Shown: piece by piece, positions 14,201 through 27,784 of the stretch | Layout: each line of letters starts with the position of its first letter | How positions within the stretch are numbered: position 1 is the first letter of the stretch | Assembly: GCA_964016885.1 (NCBI GenBank) | Contig: CAXHJY010001064.1 | Span: 1-64,000, forward strand | DNA length: 64,000 nucleotides | Direction of reading: 5' to 3' | Source of the DNA: Eledone cirrhosa | Lineage: Eukaryota | The notes under the pieces: generated by a model | Database searches by the model: none | What the model was told of the DNA's origin: nothing | What the model saw: only the letters and a program-made list of their open reading frames with translations | Translations under genes and position numbers: made by a program

Positions 14201-15058
14201 CCATATTGTTCAGATACTTCAGCAGCAGTGTAACCACTCTTCAGCTCACACAAGTTAGAATGCTCCCAATCAACTATCATTTGTTGTAGACAGCTGCCAA
14301 GACTGTATTTTAACATAACAAACAAGTTTGGTACATTACAATACAGTTTGTAGCACAGGTCATTCAGTCTTGGCAATTTGCCCCTTACATTACTTATTAA
14401 GGTTGTCATTATTTTTCCTACTGAAATTAGCTTTTCACATTAATTTGTGGTTTTCAGCAAGCATCAAGGTAAACATCAAAGTTTACCATCTTATCCCATT
14501 GCTCTTTGTGAACATTTATGTGAAGTAGTGTACACATTTGCTTCAAATCAGATATGTACTCATTACACTCTGTCAAAGATCAAAGTGTAGTTTTGTTGCT
14601 TTGCTGTGCCTCTACCACCTGGGACCATTCAACGGTTTATGCTTCCTTTTGTTTCTTAGCATGTGTTCTAACCTAAATAAGTTCTTCGTGTTTTATGCTG
14701 AAATAATGTTCAATGGTAATTTTCACTGCTAGCACTTATTTTTATTTGCCTCCTCTAGTTCCTCCTCTAGTTTGTTCTCTGTTGTAACACCAAGTGATGG
14801 AAATGAAGGGAGCTCATTCTTCTACTTTTGTGTTTCCAGGGAGGAGCAGTCTTAGTTATATAGCACCTACCACTCACCTTCCCAACCTCAGCCTCAAGTC
14901 TTTAGCATACTCCTAATTCCTAAAACCTATTTCCATCACTCATTACACCTTCACTAAAGCTAAGATATGTGGCTCTATTTTTTCTCTAAATGAAACCAAA
15001 CAAATATTGTTAATAATTCTGCCCATTAATTGTCACTTACTTACATGTTAATCCAGCC

Positions 15059-15230
15059 CAGTGCCGGATTTAGGACAAATGTGGCCATATGCTAGTTAAG
15101 TTATGAGGCCCCTTACTTGTAAAAAATTCATCATAAAAAAAAATTTGGCAGGAAGATACCCCTCCCCCCTCCCCAGAAAATGGGGCCCTGTGCTTAAGCA
15201 CACCTAAACACAATGGTAAATCCAGCAATG
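15059..15230. mobile_element. hAT-type MITE with 8-bp TSD
   Basis: TIRs CAGTGCCGGATTTA and TAAATCCAGCAATG. ATCCAGCC is duplicated at 15051-15058 and 15231-15238. Confidence 0.9.
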
Positions 15231-15790
15231 ATCCAGCCCTTGAACATTTTCCATACTAGGAAGTGCATGTTCAGCTTCAATAGCTGAATCCCTGTCTATT
15301 AGTATTGACCAAGTTGACTGTACAAATCACAAAATTTGTCTGTTTAGTCAACTACACAAAATTTATTGACTAACTGAATAAAAACTTTATTAAAGTATGA
15401 CCTGGATAATCTGCAGAGGTTTTTCCAAATACAAATTGGCACATATTGGAAATCCGATAACCTGTCCAACAATCTGAACAACAGAGAAAATCTCCAATTT
15501 TTGCTGCTATATATGACATATTTTTGGCATGGTTTTTATGACTGGGTGACTTTACTATGGACAACCAATTTACAATATTTTATCATATCACTAGCAAATA
15601 TACACCATGGAAAATGGACATTAAATGATGATGATATACAAATAATGTTTGGTCAATATTGATAATTTTTGGCCAGTATTGGCCCAACCCATGTTTAATT
15701 TAAAAACACCACACATATATATATATATATGAGGATGGATTCAGTTTGAAACTAAATAGACCATTACTCAACAGAGTACTTGATAGTTGG

Positions 15791-15923
15791 AGTAGTAAAG
15801 TATGGTTATATTATATAGAGTCAGGTAGTAAAGTATGGTTATATTATATAGAGTCAGGTAGTAAAATATGGTTATATTATATAGAGTCAGGTAGTAAAGT
15901 ATGGTTATATTATATAGAGTCAG
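15791..15923. repeat. 33-bp minisatellite, 4 copies
   Basis: agtaaagtatggttatattatatagagtcaggt repeated. Confidence 0.95.
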
Positions 15924-16004
15924 GACCCAACGGCTGAGCTGTTGTCATTTCAGCAGCTGTCTGGAACTAGCTGTTGAAATGGCAAGAGCTCAGCCATCAA
16001 CTTT

Positions 16005-16049
<45 letters not shown>

Positions 16050-16688
16050 AAGGCACATGTTAAATAAGGATTATATAAATATATATAATGAAAATGATTG
16101 TGTACAGTGCTCAGGTGTGAACAGTGTATGAGTCATGATATACACACATGAATATTAACATCACCATAACCATCCCTTTAATGTCTGCTTTCCCTGCTAG
16201 CAATGGTTGGACATGTCTATATAGATCAAGTCAGTGCTGAAGCAGAGCTACTGACCTCCCAGGCAGGCTAGGTATCTGCATCTCGCTTATGTATGGTCTC
16301 ACGTTCTACTGAATGCACAAAAGAAGGTGTCATGATATGACACAACTGAAGGGTCCTTCCAACCTTTTGTTTAGCAAGTTTTCTACAGCTAGATGCCCTT
16401 CCTATCACACAAACCTCAGAACTGAAATGACAAAGGATTACAATGGTTGGTAGATCATATTTCTTCTCATAATCTTCTGCCCTGCTACACATATCCTCCC
16501 ACCTTCTATCCACTATATCTCACACTCTTCTCATCAGAATCACTCCCACTCACTTTCTTTTTTCAGATCCTCTATATCACACAGCCCACAAATTAAGGGT
16601 AGATTGGGATCTGTCAGATTCCTATGACCGTCTCTCTCCTTCCCATATTCTTCTTTGCTAGATGCTGCCTACATTAAGAGGGATGATT

Positions 16689-16982
16689 TTAACCCTTTAG
16701 TGTTCAAACCGGCCAGAATTATCTACCTCTTCCTGTTGAAACTGGCTGTAACTGGACGCTCAAACTGATGTTAAGGTATTGTTTTCAAAATAAATACTTT
16801 CAAAATCTCATAGATTAAAATATAATAGTATATATAAAATAATTGTTTCTACTTTAAGCACAAGGCCAGCAATTACCCAGTACATTACTGGTACTTTATT
16901 TTATCGACCCCGTAAGGACGAAAGGCAAAGTTAACCTCGGCGGGATTGTATATATAAAATAATGTGAATGCTAACGGGTTAA
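16689..16982. mobile_element. piggyBac-like MITE family 1 with nested SINE B (~16840-16947, minus)
   Basis: TTAA-CCCTTTAG...GCTAACGGG-TTAA. The SINE is flanked by the TSD gtatatataaaataat. Confidence 0.8.
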
Positions 16983-17255
16983 TCCTACATATATTCAAAT
17001 CCCACTTTTGCCTCAAATTTTGTGAAGTATTCCCCCCACTACCACCAATGCATTTGTATGTATATATGTATATATGAGTGTGTATGTATATATATGTATG
17101 TATGTGAATGTATATATATATATATATATATCAACATTATTATCATTGTTTAAGGTTCATTTTCCACATTAGCATGAGTTAGACATATATATAGAGAGAA
17201 GGGAGATAGTGAGAAAGACAGACAGTGTATGTGTTTGTTTGTCTGCCTGTATGTA

Positions 17256-17357
<102 letters not shown>

Positions 17358-18094
17358 TAAGAGAGAAAGAGAGAGAGAGGGAGAGCAACAGTGTGAAGTT
17401 GTTATAGTCAGCTTTTATCAGTGGAATTTACCCCTCACACTGCAAAAATAAAATAAAAAGTTTAAAGAAATAAAACATACAGAAGACTTTGTTATCAAAC
17501 CATTGGTAACTAACAGGCACTACCTACCAATACAGGCCATTTTAGTAAACAAGTTAAATGATGCCATAGCTACTAAGTAGGAATTGTTCTATGATTACTA
17601 CATTGGCTAATATCTGCCAAGATTATTATATCCAAATGATAGATGATCCTGTAGACATGCTTATGGGAATAGAATATTACCAAATAACTTGTTGTTTTTA
17701 AATATAAGTATACTAATATCATTGAAGAATAGCTGGGATGGATTTTCACCTGTTTCGATGATGAGTGTTTCCAGTTGTTTGATCAATGGAACATTCTGCT
17801 CATGAAATTAATGTGTAAGTGTCTGAGCTTTCCACAGTTACCATGTGTACCCTTAATGAAATTTCTCTGGTAAAGAATATCTAAGACAGGTGCTTTGAAT
17901 TATATGCAGTCTATCCAATGGGCTTCCAAACAGTTTCCGTATACCAAAATTCACTCACAAGGCATGGGTCAATCTGGGGCTAAGGTAATGACACTTGCTC
18001 AAGATGTCAAGTAATTGGATCGAACTTGGAACCTAATGATTATGAAGCAGACATGTTAACCATTCAGCCATGCTGTGTCCACAAATAAATAATA

Positions 18095-18280
18095 ATTGTT
18101 TCTACTTTTGGCACAAGGCCAACAATTATCTCAGTGTGTTACTGGTACTTTATTTTATTGACCCCGTAAGGATGAAAGGCAAAGTTAACCTCGGCGGGAT
18201 TTGAACTCAGAATGGCAAGGGCCATAACTCTAATATCATGGTGTTCGACCCTCTACTGATACTGCCAATCCACCGCCAAT
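18095..18280 (-). mobile_element. Full-length SINE family B with TSD
   Basis: ccacaaataaataataat on both flanks. Confidence 0.85.
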
Positions 18281-18309
18281 CCACAAATAAATAATAATAA
18301 CAATACTTG

Positions 18310-18545
18310 TGTCTCCAACACAACCCCTTCACAGGTTGGGCTGGTTGCTTTTGTTGTGTCGATGTCATGCCCACTTTACAGGGTGGGCTGGGCATTTATT
18401 GTCATGTCATACTACCAGCCTGACCACTCCACTGAGTGAACCAAACACCTTCTGTTGTACCACCAATATGACTACCTTTCAGTGGAAGCTGGGTGCTGTT
18501 TGCCATGGCACCAAAACGACCACTTCACAGTTTGGACTGGGGGCT
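18310..18545 (-). repeat. 48-bp RTE-UTR unit array, ~5 decayed units
   Basis: Reverse complements of aaagca.ccagccca.cctgtaaagtgg. Confidence 0.7.
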
Positions 18546-18698
18546 TGGGTGGTGAGGTGTATGGGGATTGGGGACAAATATCTAAGGACGTCGGTGTGGG
18601 GTGGAGTGTTAGGATGTGGGAGGTGTATGGAAGGGGGAAGTTGAGGAAAGTGGTGCATACTAGATGTATGCTTCAACCCACGCACATGGGAAAACAGA

Positions 18699-19450
18699 TA
18701 ATAATAATAATAATAATATTAATAATAATAATAATAATGAAATTATTGTGTAAAGTGCTCAGGTGCACTACAACTCGTCAATATAGTACATAGAATAATA
18801 CACAAATGTCAGGGAAGTACATGTGTGTATGTGTTAGCTGTTCTGTTGGCGGATCTCGGGAAGCATGGAGGCCTTAAAGGATGCAGTGTCTCGACAGCTA
18901 ACAACTGATGCAGGTAGTTTGTTCCATGCTTCAGCAACTCTGAACGTGAAAAAATGTTTCCGAAAGTCATGGGAACTGTGCTGTTTTCTTACTTTGTGGG
19001 CATGTCCACGTGTGTTAGACACATGGAAATCGAAAAGGTACTCAGGGTTGTTGTTGGCAACATGGTTAACAATTTTGTGGGTGTTTACCAAGTCAGTTGC
19101 CAGGCGTCGGAGCTTCAATGAATCCATGCCCAGGGAAGCAAGGCGCTCAGAGTATGGTAGATGCCTGATGGAGGGTATTCGCTTGGTTGCACGTCTCTGA
19201 ACAGTTTCCAGGCGGTCAATGTCCTGAGCAAGATAGGGGTTCCAGACTGGTGATGCAAATTCTAAGTGTGGTCGCACCATAGCTGTATACAGCCTTAAAT
19301 AGATATCTGGAGAGCGGCTGACAAAGGTCTTGCTGAGTGATGCTAAGACACCCTCGGCCCTCTTGACAATTTTAGAGACGTGCCTCGTCCAACGCAAATC
19401 GCTGCTGACCGTAATGCCCAGGTCACGTTCACAGGAAGCTTCTGTATAAC
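18699..19450 (-). mobile_element. 5'-truncated CR1-clade LINE
   Basis: ORF 18834-19493: ERDLGI...LYTAMVRPHLEFASPVWNPY...LETVQRRATK...TRGH...RKHFFTFRVAEAWNKLP, followed by an (ATT)n tail. Confidence 0.9.
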
Positions 19451-20177
19451 TGCATAATGCCAATATATGTATACAATACTGAGAGACAGGCACTCACACA
19501 CAACTGCTGTGTCCTACAATTAAACATGTATTATGCATGTATGCATCACTGGCCTGTAAAATGTTTTTGTTGAGTAGCCAAAATAACATCCCAGTGTCAT
19601 TTTAAGCTACCTATCCTCCATGTTTCCATGTATAAATTGCTCTATTTCCATTATTATACTATCTGTTAAAACTATTTCAACCCATCAGCCAACAATGGAG
19701 CTTCTATATTAATACACGACTTGCTAGAAATAGCAGCTAAATTACCTGAAAATTACGTCTTACTATTTTGAAAACTGAAAGGACATATTGGATAATGCTT
19801 TGTAGTCTTAGATACACTGTCTGAATTTATAGTATAACGCACAATGTAATATATAATTGAATTAACTATCACCTTATGCACTAAAATTAGGCAAATTGGC
19901 ATGCGCCGTTTTCCGTTGCTGTCATATTTGATGGATGTATAAAAAGTCTTTAGTTATATATTTCTCTGTACATTGAGAAGGATGTAGATAGCTTTTGATG
20001 CTGATTTTAACAAAGATTGAAACCCTGATCAAGCTGTTCATATTTTTCAATATATGGAGAAGTATGTAAATAAGAAAAGTTTGCATGTTTAAATATATAA
20101 AGATGTGTATTTACATCCACACCTCTTGCAGTTTTGTTTAAAATCTGTAGAGATATGAGTTTATTGTATATTTCAGC

Positions 20178-20690
20178 TGTGGTTGTGTTGGTAGCATGGT
20201 AAAAGGCACCCAGACCATTCTATAAAGTGGTCATGTTGGTGACATGACAAAAAGCACCCACTCCACCCTGTAAAGTGGTTGTATGTGACACATCAGAAAG
20301 CACCCAGCCCACCATGTAAAGTGGCCGTGTTGGTGACACAAGGGAAAGCATCCAGTCCACCCTGTAAAGAGGTTGTGTTGGTGACACAACAAAAAGCACC
20401 CAGCCCACCATGTAATGTGCTTGTACTGGTGACTCAATGAAAAAGTGCCCAGTCCATCCTGTAACGTGTTCATTTTGATGCCAGGACAAAAAGCACCCAG
20501 TCCATTCTGTAAATGCGGTTGGAATTAGGAAGGGCATCCAGTTATAGAAACCAAGTCAGAAAACAGTTCTATATGAACAAGAGACATGGTCACCTGCTCT
20601 AATTTGTCTCACAATGGGACAACTCGCCTAACTCATGCTAGTGTGGAAAATGGGCATTAAACGATGGTGATGATGATAATGATAATGATA
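20178..20690 (+). mobile_element. RTE 3'-UTR-derived fragment with 7 x 48-bp units and (GAT)n tail
   Basis: Units followed by taggaagggcatccagttatagaaacc...catgctagtgtggaaaatgggcattaaacgatggtgatgat. Confidence 0.85.
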
Positions 20691-20814
20691 AATGTATGAG
20701 TGTGAGGAAAACCATAATCAAGTTCATGGGAGAGGGAGAAAAGATATCAATCACAGTTAGAACAGCAAAGAACCAGTTGTGTAAATATAAAAGTTGATCT
20801 TTTGAAAAAATGTA

Positions 20815-21240
20815 GTAGTTTCCCCAAACCATCCAGACAACCTTGAAACCAGATATAGTCCTGTAGGCTGAAAAGGTAAAGAAAATCCTTCTAATCGAAC
20901 TCACATTCTCATGGGAAGAAGAATGCAGCTCAGTCTTTGAATAGAAAAGTGTCATATACTAAAACTCTTTGCATGAGTGCAAGGAGAAAGGATGGTAGAC
21001 ATGGATCTTGCATTTGACGCTAGCATTAGAGGATTCCCTGTTTAGTTAATATGAAGAATGGTTACAGAAATTAGAATGACAAGGAGGGAGAAGATAGTAG
21101 CATGCAGGATAGGGGAAGCAGCAAAAAGAGACACTTGTTGGTTATAGATTAGGAGAGAGGAGCTAAGCTGGAAGCCAAGAAAAGAAGAGGGGCAGTGATT
21201 TGACCACCAATATTGGTTCAGGTACAAAAAATCTAATGAA
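20815..21240 (+). pseudogene. Hero-like (R2 superfamily) RLE domain relic
   Basis: LKPDIVL*AEKVKKILLIELTFSWEE...ECKEKGW...IRGFP, with several stop codons. Confidence 0.7.
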
Positions 21241-21780
21241 CATTGGACATATGTATAATAAACATACATTAGTTTTGCTATGAGTATTTCAAGCTGTCAT
21301 CATATCACAGCTACCTGAACATTTGTGTGTGTGTGTGTAAGAGAGAGAGAGAGAGAGAGAGAGTGTGTGTGTGTCTGTGCATGTTTTTGCAATGACACTA
21401 TTTAAGCAAACTATGACATTTGTTTATGTCCCACATAAACAATGTGTCAAACAGTTTAGCAGTAAATACTATATTTAAGTTATGGGTTGGTGTCAGAAAG
21501 GGCATCAAGCCCTAGAATACTACAAGCATGGAAAAGTGAATCAGGCCCACAAGGAGATATAGTTTTCTGTTCTAAGTGGTAAGGCTATGGTATTAATTCA
21601 TACATGTTTCATTTCATTAGCTTTTGTTTTACATTATAGTCAGGAGGGCGGTAAAGTCATTGGAACATTTGATAGAAAGCTGAGCCATATTTATTCTGGT
21701 TCATGGCATACTGAGTTCAAATCCTATCAAGGTCAACTTTGCCTGGCAAAATAATAAAGTACTAGTTTTGTACAGGGGTC

Positions 21781-22600
21781 ATCATCATCATCATCACCAT
21801 CACCGTTTTACGTCCGTTCTTCCACGCTAGCATGGGTTAGACGGGTTGTCCTGTTGTGGGCAGTGTCTGGTCGGCTGACCATGCCTTGCTCATACAGGAA
21901 CTGATCTGGCTTGATTTCTACAGCTGGATGCCCTTCCTAACACCAACCTCATTTACAGTGAGTGCTGGGTGCTTTTTCGTGGCGCCTACACGTCCACTTT
22001 ACAGTGTGGGCTGGGTGCTTTTTTGCCGTGGCACCTCCACGACCACCTTGTGGTGGTGGGGGGGGGGGGGGGGGGGCATATTGTCTATATGCTTCAGCTT
22101 GTACCCATGGGAGGTCGGGTACTCTGTATTACTGCGTGACACCAGAGGGCATGGTCGTGTGTCATCGCTTTTGAGAGGTGTAATTGGGTAAGGTCGGCTT
22201 TTATCACCTCATCCCAGGTCATCTTGGGTCTCCCCACTCCGCGGTTTCCATCAACTTCTAGTGCTCTGCACCTTTTTATGCAGCTGTCATCCTTCATACA
22301 CATCATATGTCCATACCAGCGCAACCGCCTCTCCTGGACACAGCATTTGATTCCTCTTATGCTCAGTCTCTCTCTCAATTCATTTATGCTTTGTCGTTCA
22401 CGTATATTACTGTTACACATCCATCGGAGCATGCAGGCTTCGTTTCTCTCTAATCTACGTAAGTCTTCCACCTTCAACGCCCAGGTCTCACTACCATGCA
22501 ACATTGTTGTTCGGATACACGCATCATACAGTCTGCCTTTCATTCTGAGGGAGAAGCCTTTTGCAGCTAGCAGTGGTAGTAGTTCCCTAAACTTCTTCCA
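21781..22600 (-). mobile_element. 5'-truncated RTE LINE (PHD-RTE family), 3' end
   Basis: ORF 22094-22543 KGRLYDACIRTTMLHGSETWAL...RRLRWYGH...GRPK, then a 3' UTR with two units and a (GAT)n tail. Confidence 0.9.
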
Positions 22601-23479
22601 TCAATATAATCAATTTATCCCTATCCCTAAAATGTGTGGCCTCATGCTAAAATTAGAAACCATTATAGTTAGAAGAGGAAGAGCAATGACCACGACCTTC
22701 ACAAGCCCTCCAAGACTGGTGTGATTGGTGTAGTTGATGTTTAACATGAACATCTATAAGTCAATATCCACAGGGAAACATGGATGAGGAGGGAATTCCT
22801 TAGTGTTTTAGTTCTAAGAAGGAAGGAGTGAACAAGATCTTTCATTTGGAGTCTAAAAGGTAAGACACACTGGAGTTGATAGGATTAAGCAAAGAGAAGG
22901 TTTAGTATTGTTAGTAAAGACAAAAAGAGAAAGGCTCATATTTTTTATCTTTCCTCTCCTTTTTCGTGTATTAGTTAGTGAACAGCTGCCTATCTGTCCC
23001 TGCAACAAAGAATGAAAGGGTACTACAGACTAGAGTACCCATAACATTTCAGATCGAAATGATTTTTAATTTAATATCTTAACTATGTAACAAAACAAGA
23101 CTGGAAAACGGGATGGTCACATTTGGAGCAATGTTGATAAGTGATTTACTGGATCAAGGTTAACCTAGGGTTAACCAACAATAAATAGACGGAGAATAAA
23201 ATACCAAACAACAACAACACAAACAAAGACAAACATAAATATAGAAATAAATTTAGCAACAGCTGAAATAGCAGTAGTAGTAGCAGTAGAAACAATAAGA
23301 GCTACAACAGCTTTAGTAGCAGTTGTAGCTGTTAGTACAACTGTAGTAGACACAATGACTGTAGTAGCAACTATAGCAGAGACGATGACTGTTATAGTAA
23401 CATTAGTAGGAATAGTAGCATCAATAGTTTTTTTTTAGTTCAGCAGCAATGAATGTTAGCAAGGATGATAATAACAAGC

Positions 23480-23670
23480 CAGCAAGAGAGCTTCTAAGTG
23501 GTCACTTGACCTGTTAGAAATAACAGCCAAGCTTCCCTCAAATCAAACCATACTGTATTATATAAAGAGAGATAAATTGGATATACAAAACAACTGGATA
23601 CTCATAAATGGAACACTTTTGATCATAGGTCTGCTCAATCAAAGCTGACCAGTGGCTAAACAACAACAAT
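23480..23670 (+). mobile_element. SINE-like family C with (AAC)n tail
   Basis: agaaataacagccaa...tttgatcataggtctgctcaatc...ggctaaacaacaac. Related copies lie near 1595, 19720, 25215, 32200 and 44600. Confidence 0.6.
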
Positions 23671-24319
23671 AAAAACTGTGGCTACTAATGTTGTTGTTGT
23701 TTAGGCCAAGGTCTGTCTGTTACTGATGTCTGTCTATATTCTTACCTCCAGAGTGCACCATATTGAAGGAGGGGAACATGAAAAAAGGAACAAAGAAATA
23801 TTATATTTAACTGTGTTGAGGTTAAAACTGATATCTTTCAGAAGTTAGGAAATAGTAGAAAGAGAGGGAGCTTACTAACCACAACCTACAGAGTAAATAA
23901 ATTTTCCTCCAGTGAGTGTGTACATATGAATTTACATTTACATGTATGGCCAATTGACAGAATCGGTAGAGTATAAGATAGAATGGCTTGCAATATTCAA
24001 ACGAGTTCTTTGTATTTTGATATCAAATCACATTGAGTCAACTTTGCTATTTATTCGCTAGTGGTCGAAAAGTAAAGTACAAGTCCATGGTGGATTGAGG
24101 AAATTGCTAAAGCATCAAATGGGCAAAATTCTTTGCAGTATCTGTTCCAGCTCTCTGCATTCTAAGTTCAAACTCTGCTTGTGTTAAAGGTGAGGACTAA
24201 TCCTCATGACTATGGGAGCATCCTCTTCAAATCCACAGTTGGCCCACATAGGCTGGTATGCTCAGTATAAATAAACTTCAAATCTAAAGTCTGTCTTGAG
24301 CCCAGAGTCTTATCAAACC

Positions 24320-24570
24320 GAGGCTCATCAAACTGATGCTTATCCTGGTTTTCGTGGCATTAAGCGACTGAGAGTACAAGACTCTCCTAGGACAGGACAC
24401 CAGTCCATCACAGGGGTAAACCCTCAGTTATTGCTGGTACTCATTTTAAGCTGAGTATACTGGAACAATGTGAAATGAAGTGTTTTGCTCAAGGACACAA
24501 CACAGCAGAACCCAGTCCAGGAATCAAGCCCACAACATTATGATTCTAAGTCCAACACACTTACCATGCA
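24320..24570 (-). mobile_element. tRNA-derived SINE with conserved central domain
   Basis: ...ccagtccatcacagggg...gctggtactcatttt...gtgttttgctcaaggacacaac resembles widely shared metazoan SINE cores. The superfamily was not assigned. Confidence 0.6.
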
Positions 24571-25966
24571 GAGCCAGAATAAGTCTTTTTGAGATCCTAA
24601 TCACTTAAAAGATTATGGTGCCCACTATATATAAAGGCTACAGAATTAAATTTTTGGTAAAGACAAATACATTTAATTTGAATAAAACGGTTTCCCTTTT
24701 CCCTTGATGCACTAAATTTTTGCTTATTTTGCTGCGGAGAAAATCCCACCCTGGACTTCAGCTAAATAGAAAAGATTTGAAATGCATGTCTCTGTATGTA
24801 TGGGAATTTGTGTGCATATGCATTTGTGTAGATATATTTGTGCACACGTAGTATGCAGATTTGTGTCCAATGTAAATGTTTGTATGTGAATTTATGTCCA
24901 CAAATATATAAATCTACATTAATTTATGTGCATGTGGGCATGTACCTCATTTTGTGGGTATGTATGTCTTTATGTAAAGTTAAGGGCCACACTTTTGCAT
25001 TATACTATTCTGCATTGCAGTACTCTTCTACATTGTATTAAACTAACACTGCAACATCTGGAAGATATTGCACACCTGATCATTTGACTCCTATCTATTC
25101 TATGTAACAGTATTGATCAAAATATTTGTTTAGTCTTAGATCGCTCTAATCAAGTTGACCTATGTGCTGGTGAGAGGATACATCTAAGCTGCCTTATCCA
25201 CATTGTTATCAATGAGAGAGCTTCTATATGATCATTTGACTAATTAGATATAGCAACCAAATTTATAGCAACCTTGAAATCACTTCTTTTTTTTTTTTTA
25301 ATTGTAAGGTGTTAGGACAGATTAAATAATGTAATCTTAGATATGCTATGTCTGAATACAAGATGGGACAGTTACTGAAGGAGCACCTTGTTCATGGTTA
25401 ACCTGAGGAATAAACAGCAATATTGGTCTTATGTAATGTTATTGAAAGAAGAGTCAAGGTAGTACATAAAATGTTTGTGGAATCTACATACATAAATTCC
25501 ACACTTCCAAATTAACCATAATTTAATACTGACATATTTAGAATGCATCATTATCATCATAATCATCATCGTTTAACATCCATTTTCTCTGCTAACAAGG
25601 TCAGCAGACCAAGTCGGTACTAAAGTGGAACTACTGACCTCACAGATAGGTCAGGGCCTGCTTCTTGCTTACATATGTTTCTGCACTCTGTGGAGTGCTC
25701 AGATAGGCCAGCAGTCTGAAACTCACTTACATACAATCCTGTACACTCGCAAATTCAGTTTATCATAACAACAGCATTAAAAAGGTTGTCATGTCTTTAA
25801 CGCAGCCAAAGAATCCTCCCAACATTTTCTCAGGTTTTCAATGGCTGGATGCCCTTCATGTTACAAACCACTTTACAGATCGTACTGGGTGCATTTATCA
25901 TGCAAGTGTATATATTCTGGATGTTCTAGGTGAATGTTGCACATCCATAAAAGATGAAAAATTTTC

Positions 25967-26570
25967 ATCATCATCATCATCCTCATCATTATTTTACATC
26001 TGTTGTTCAATGCTTGCATGGGTTGAATGGGTTTTTTTTTCAGCACAACATCTCTCCACTTATCACGTTCATTCGACAGCTACTCTGTAAGCTTCAGCAA
26101 ATTGAGATCAGCTCTCATCCCCTCCGCCCAGGTCTTTCTTGATTTTCCTCTACTGCATCTTCCTTCCACTGGAATTTCTTGGCATTTTTCACCCAGTGAA
26201 CACTATCCATACACATAACATATCCATGCCAGTGCAATCTTCTCTCTTGTACATCCATCGAAGCTTGGTTGCTTCATTTCTCTCCAGCTGTCGGATATCA
26301 TCTGTGTTCACTGCCCATATCTCACTACCATGCAGTATCACACTTTGCACATAGATGTCATACAGCTGTCCTTTCATTCATAAGGAGAAACCTTTTGTCA
26401 TCATCAGAGGAAGAAGCTCCTTAAACTTTTTCCATCCCGTCCTTATTCTTGTTACTATACTCTCAGAGCACCCTCTTCCACTGCTAATTATATCACTGTA
26501 ACATGATAACTACACATCAATCATCTAGGTAGCAAGGCTATCAACCATTTCTATGGGTCCTTCCTAGAGT
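25967..26570 (-). pseudogene. Decayed RTE 3' half
   Basis: KGQLYDIYVQSVILHGSEIWAV...LERNEA and a (GAT)n tail. Confidence 0.8.
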
Positions 26571-27234
26571 TGTAAAAGGTTTATATCAGTGACACTTTTA
26601 CTATCAATTGTCCCTGAAAATGTCCTTTATATCTATTCTGTTCTTGCCATATTATAATATATCATGGTCATGATTTGTTTTCAAATCTAATAATACACAC
26701 TGAGAAACAAAGATTAAGTCTGATTGGCATCCTATTGTGTATAAAAATAGCCTGTGTATGTTTATATGTATGCCAGGGTATTACATTCAGCACAATGACA
26801 CACCATGTGACAACAGCCCAGTTATCACTGCTGGGAGGGTGCAGCTGTCACTGGCATACACACATGCACACACACACACACATAGCACAATCACAGTTAC
26901 ACATACACATATGCACACACACACACAGCACAACCAGTTACACATATACACATAGCAAAATCACAGTTACATATACACAATAACACATACACAACGCAAC
27001 ACAACAACAGCTATACATGCACACACACAAAACAACCACATAATTACACACACACCAACACAACCACCCATGCAGCAACACACACACACACACACACACT
27101 CACACACAATTACACATACACCAACATAACCACACATACAACCATATACACACATACAGTAACACTCATACACATATGCACACACACAACATAATCAGTT
27201 ATACATACACACATACAAAACAAACGCTCAGTTA

Positions 27235-27510
27235 CACATACACACACTCATACCCACACAACACAACTATACACTTACACATACACACACTCATACCCAC
27301 ACAACACAACTATACACTTACACATACACACACTCATACCCACACAACACAACTATACACTTACACATACACACACTCATACCCACACAACACAACTATG
27401 CACTTACACATACACACACTCATACCCACACAACACAACTATACACTTACACACACTCACACCCACACAACACAACTATACACTTACACACACTCACACC
27501 CACACAATAC
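27235..27510. repeat. ~42-bp CA-rich minisatellite, ~6 copies
   Basis: acacactcatacccacacaacacaactatacacttacacat repeated. Confidence 0.9.
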
Positions 27511-27784
27511 AACCATACAGCTACACATATATGCTTGAATAAATCTGTCGCTCTGTTTAACACCTCTTACCTAGACCCTCGCGGCTTTTAGGGAGCTCCA
27601 CCTTGTTGTAAGCATTCAGATTAAGTCTACCTTTTGAATTTACACCTTCATCCTTCCTTCTCTCCCACAAGTCACCTTTAAAAGGGTCATAGGCAGTGCC
27701 ATTCCTACTCCATCAATGAAATAAAAAATAAGAAAAATACAGCTCATCCTTGTGGAACTGGTTAACTGCAGGACATATTAATAA

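Noticed and set aside
15370-15564. Cys-containing 64-aa ORF as a host exon
   Set aside because: No recognisable domain and no clear splice signals.
24568-24753. Second hAT MITE
   Set aside because: CAG...CTG ends are suggestive, but the TIRs are poor and there is no 8-bp TSD.
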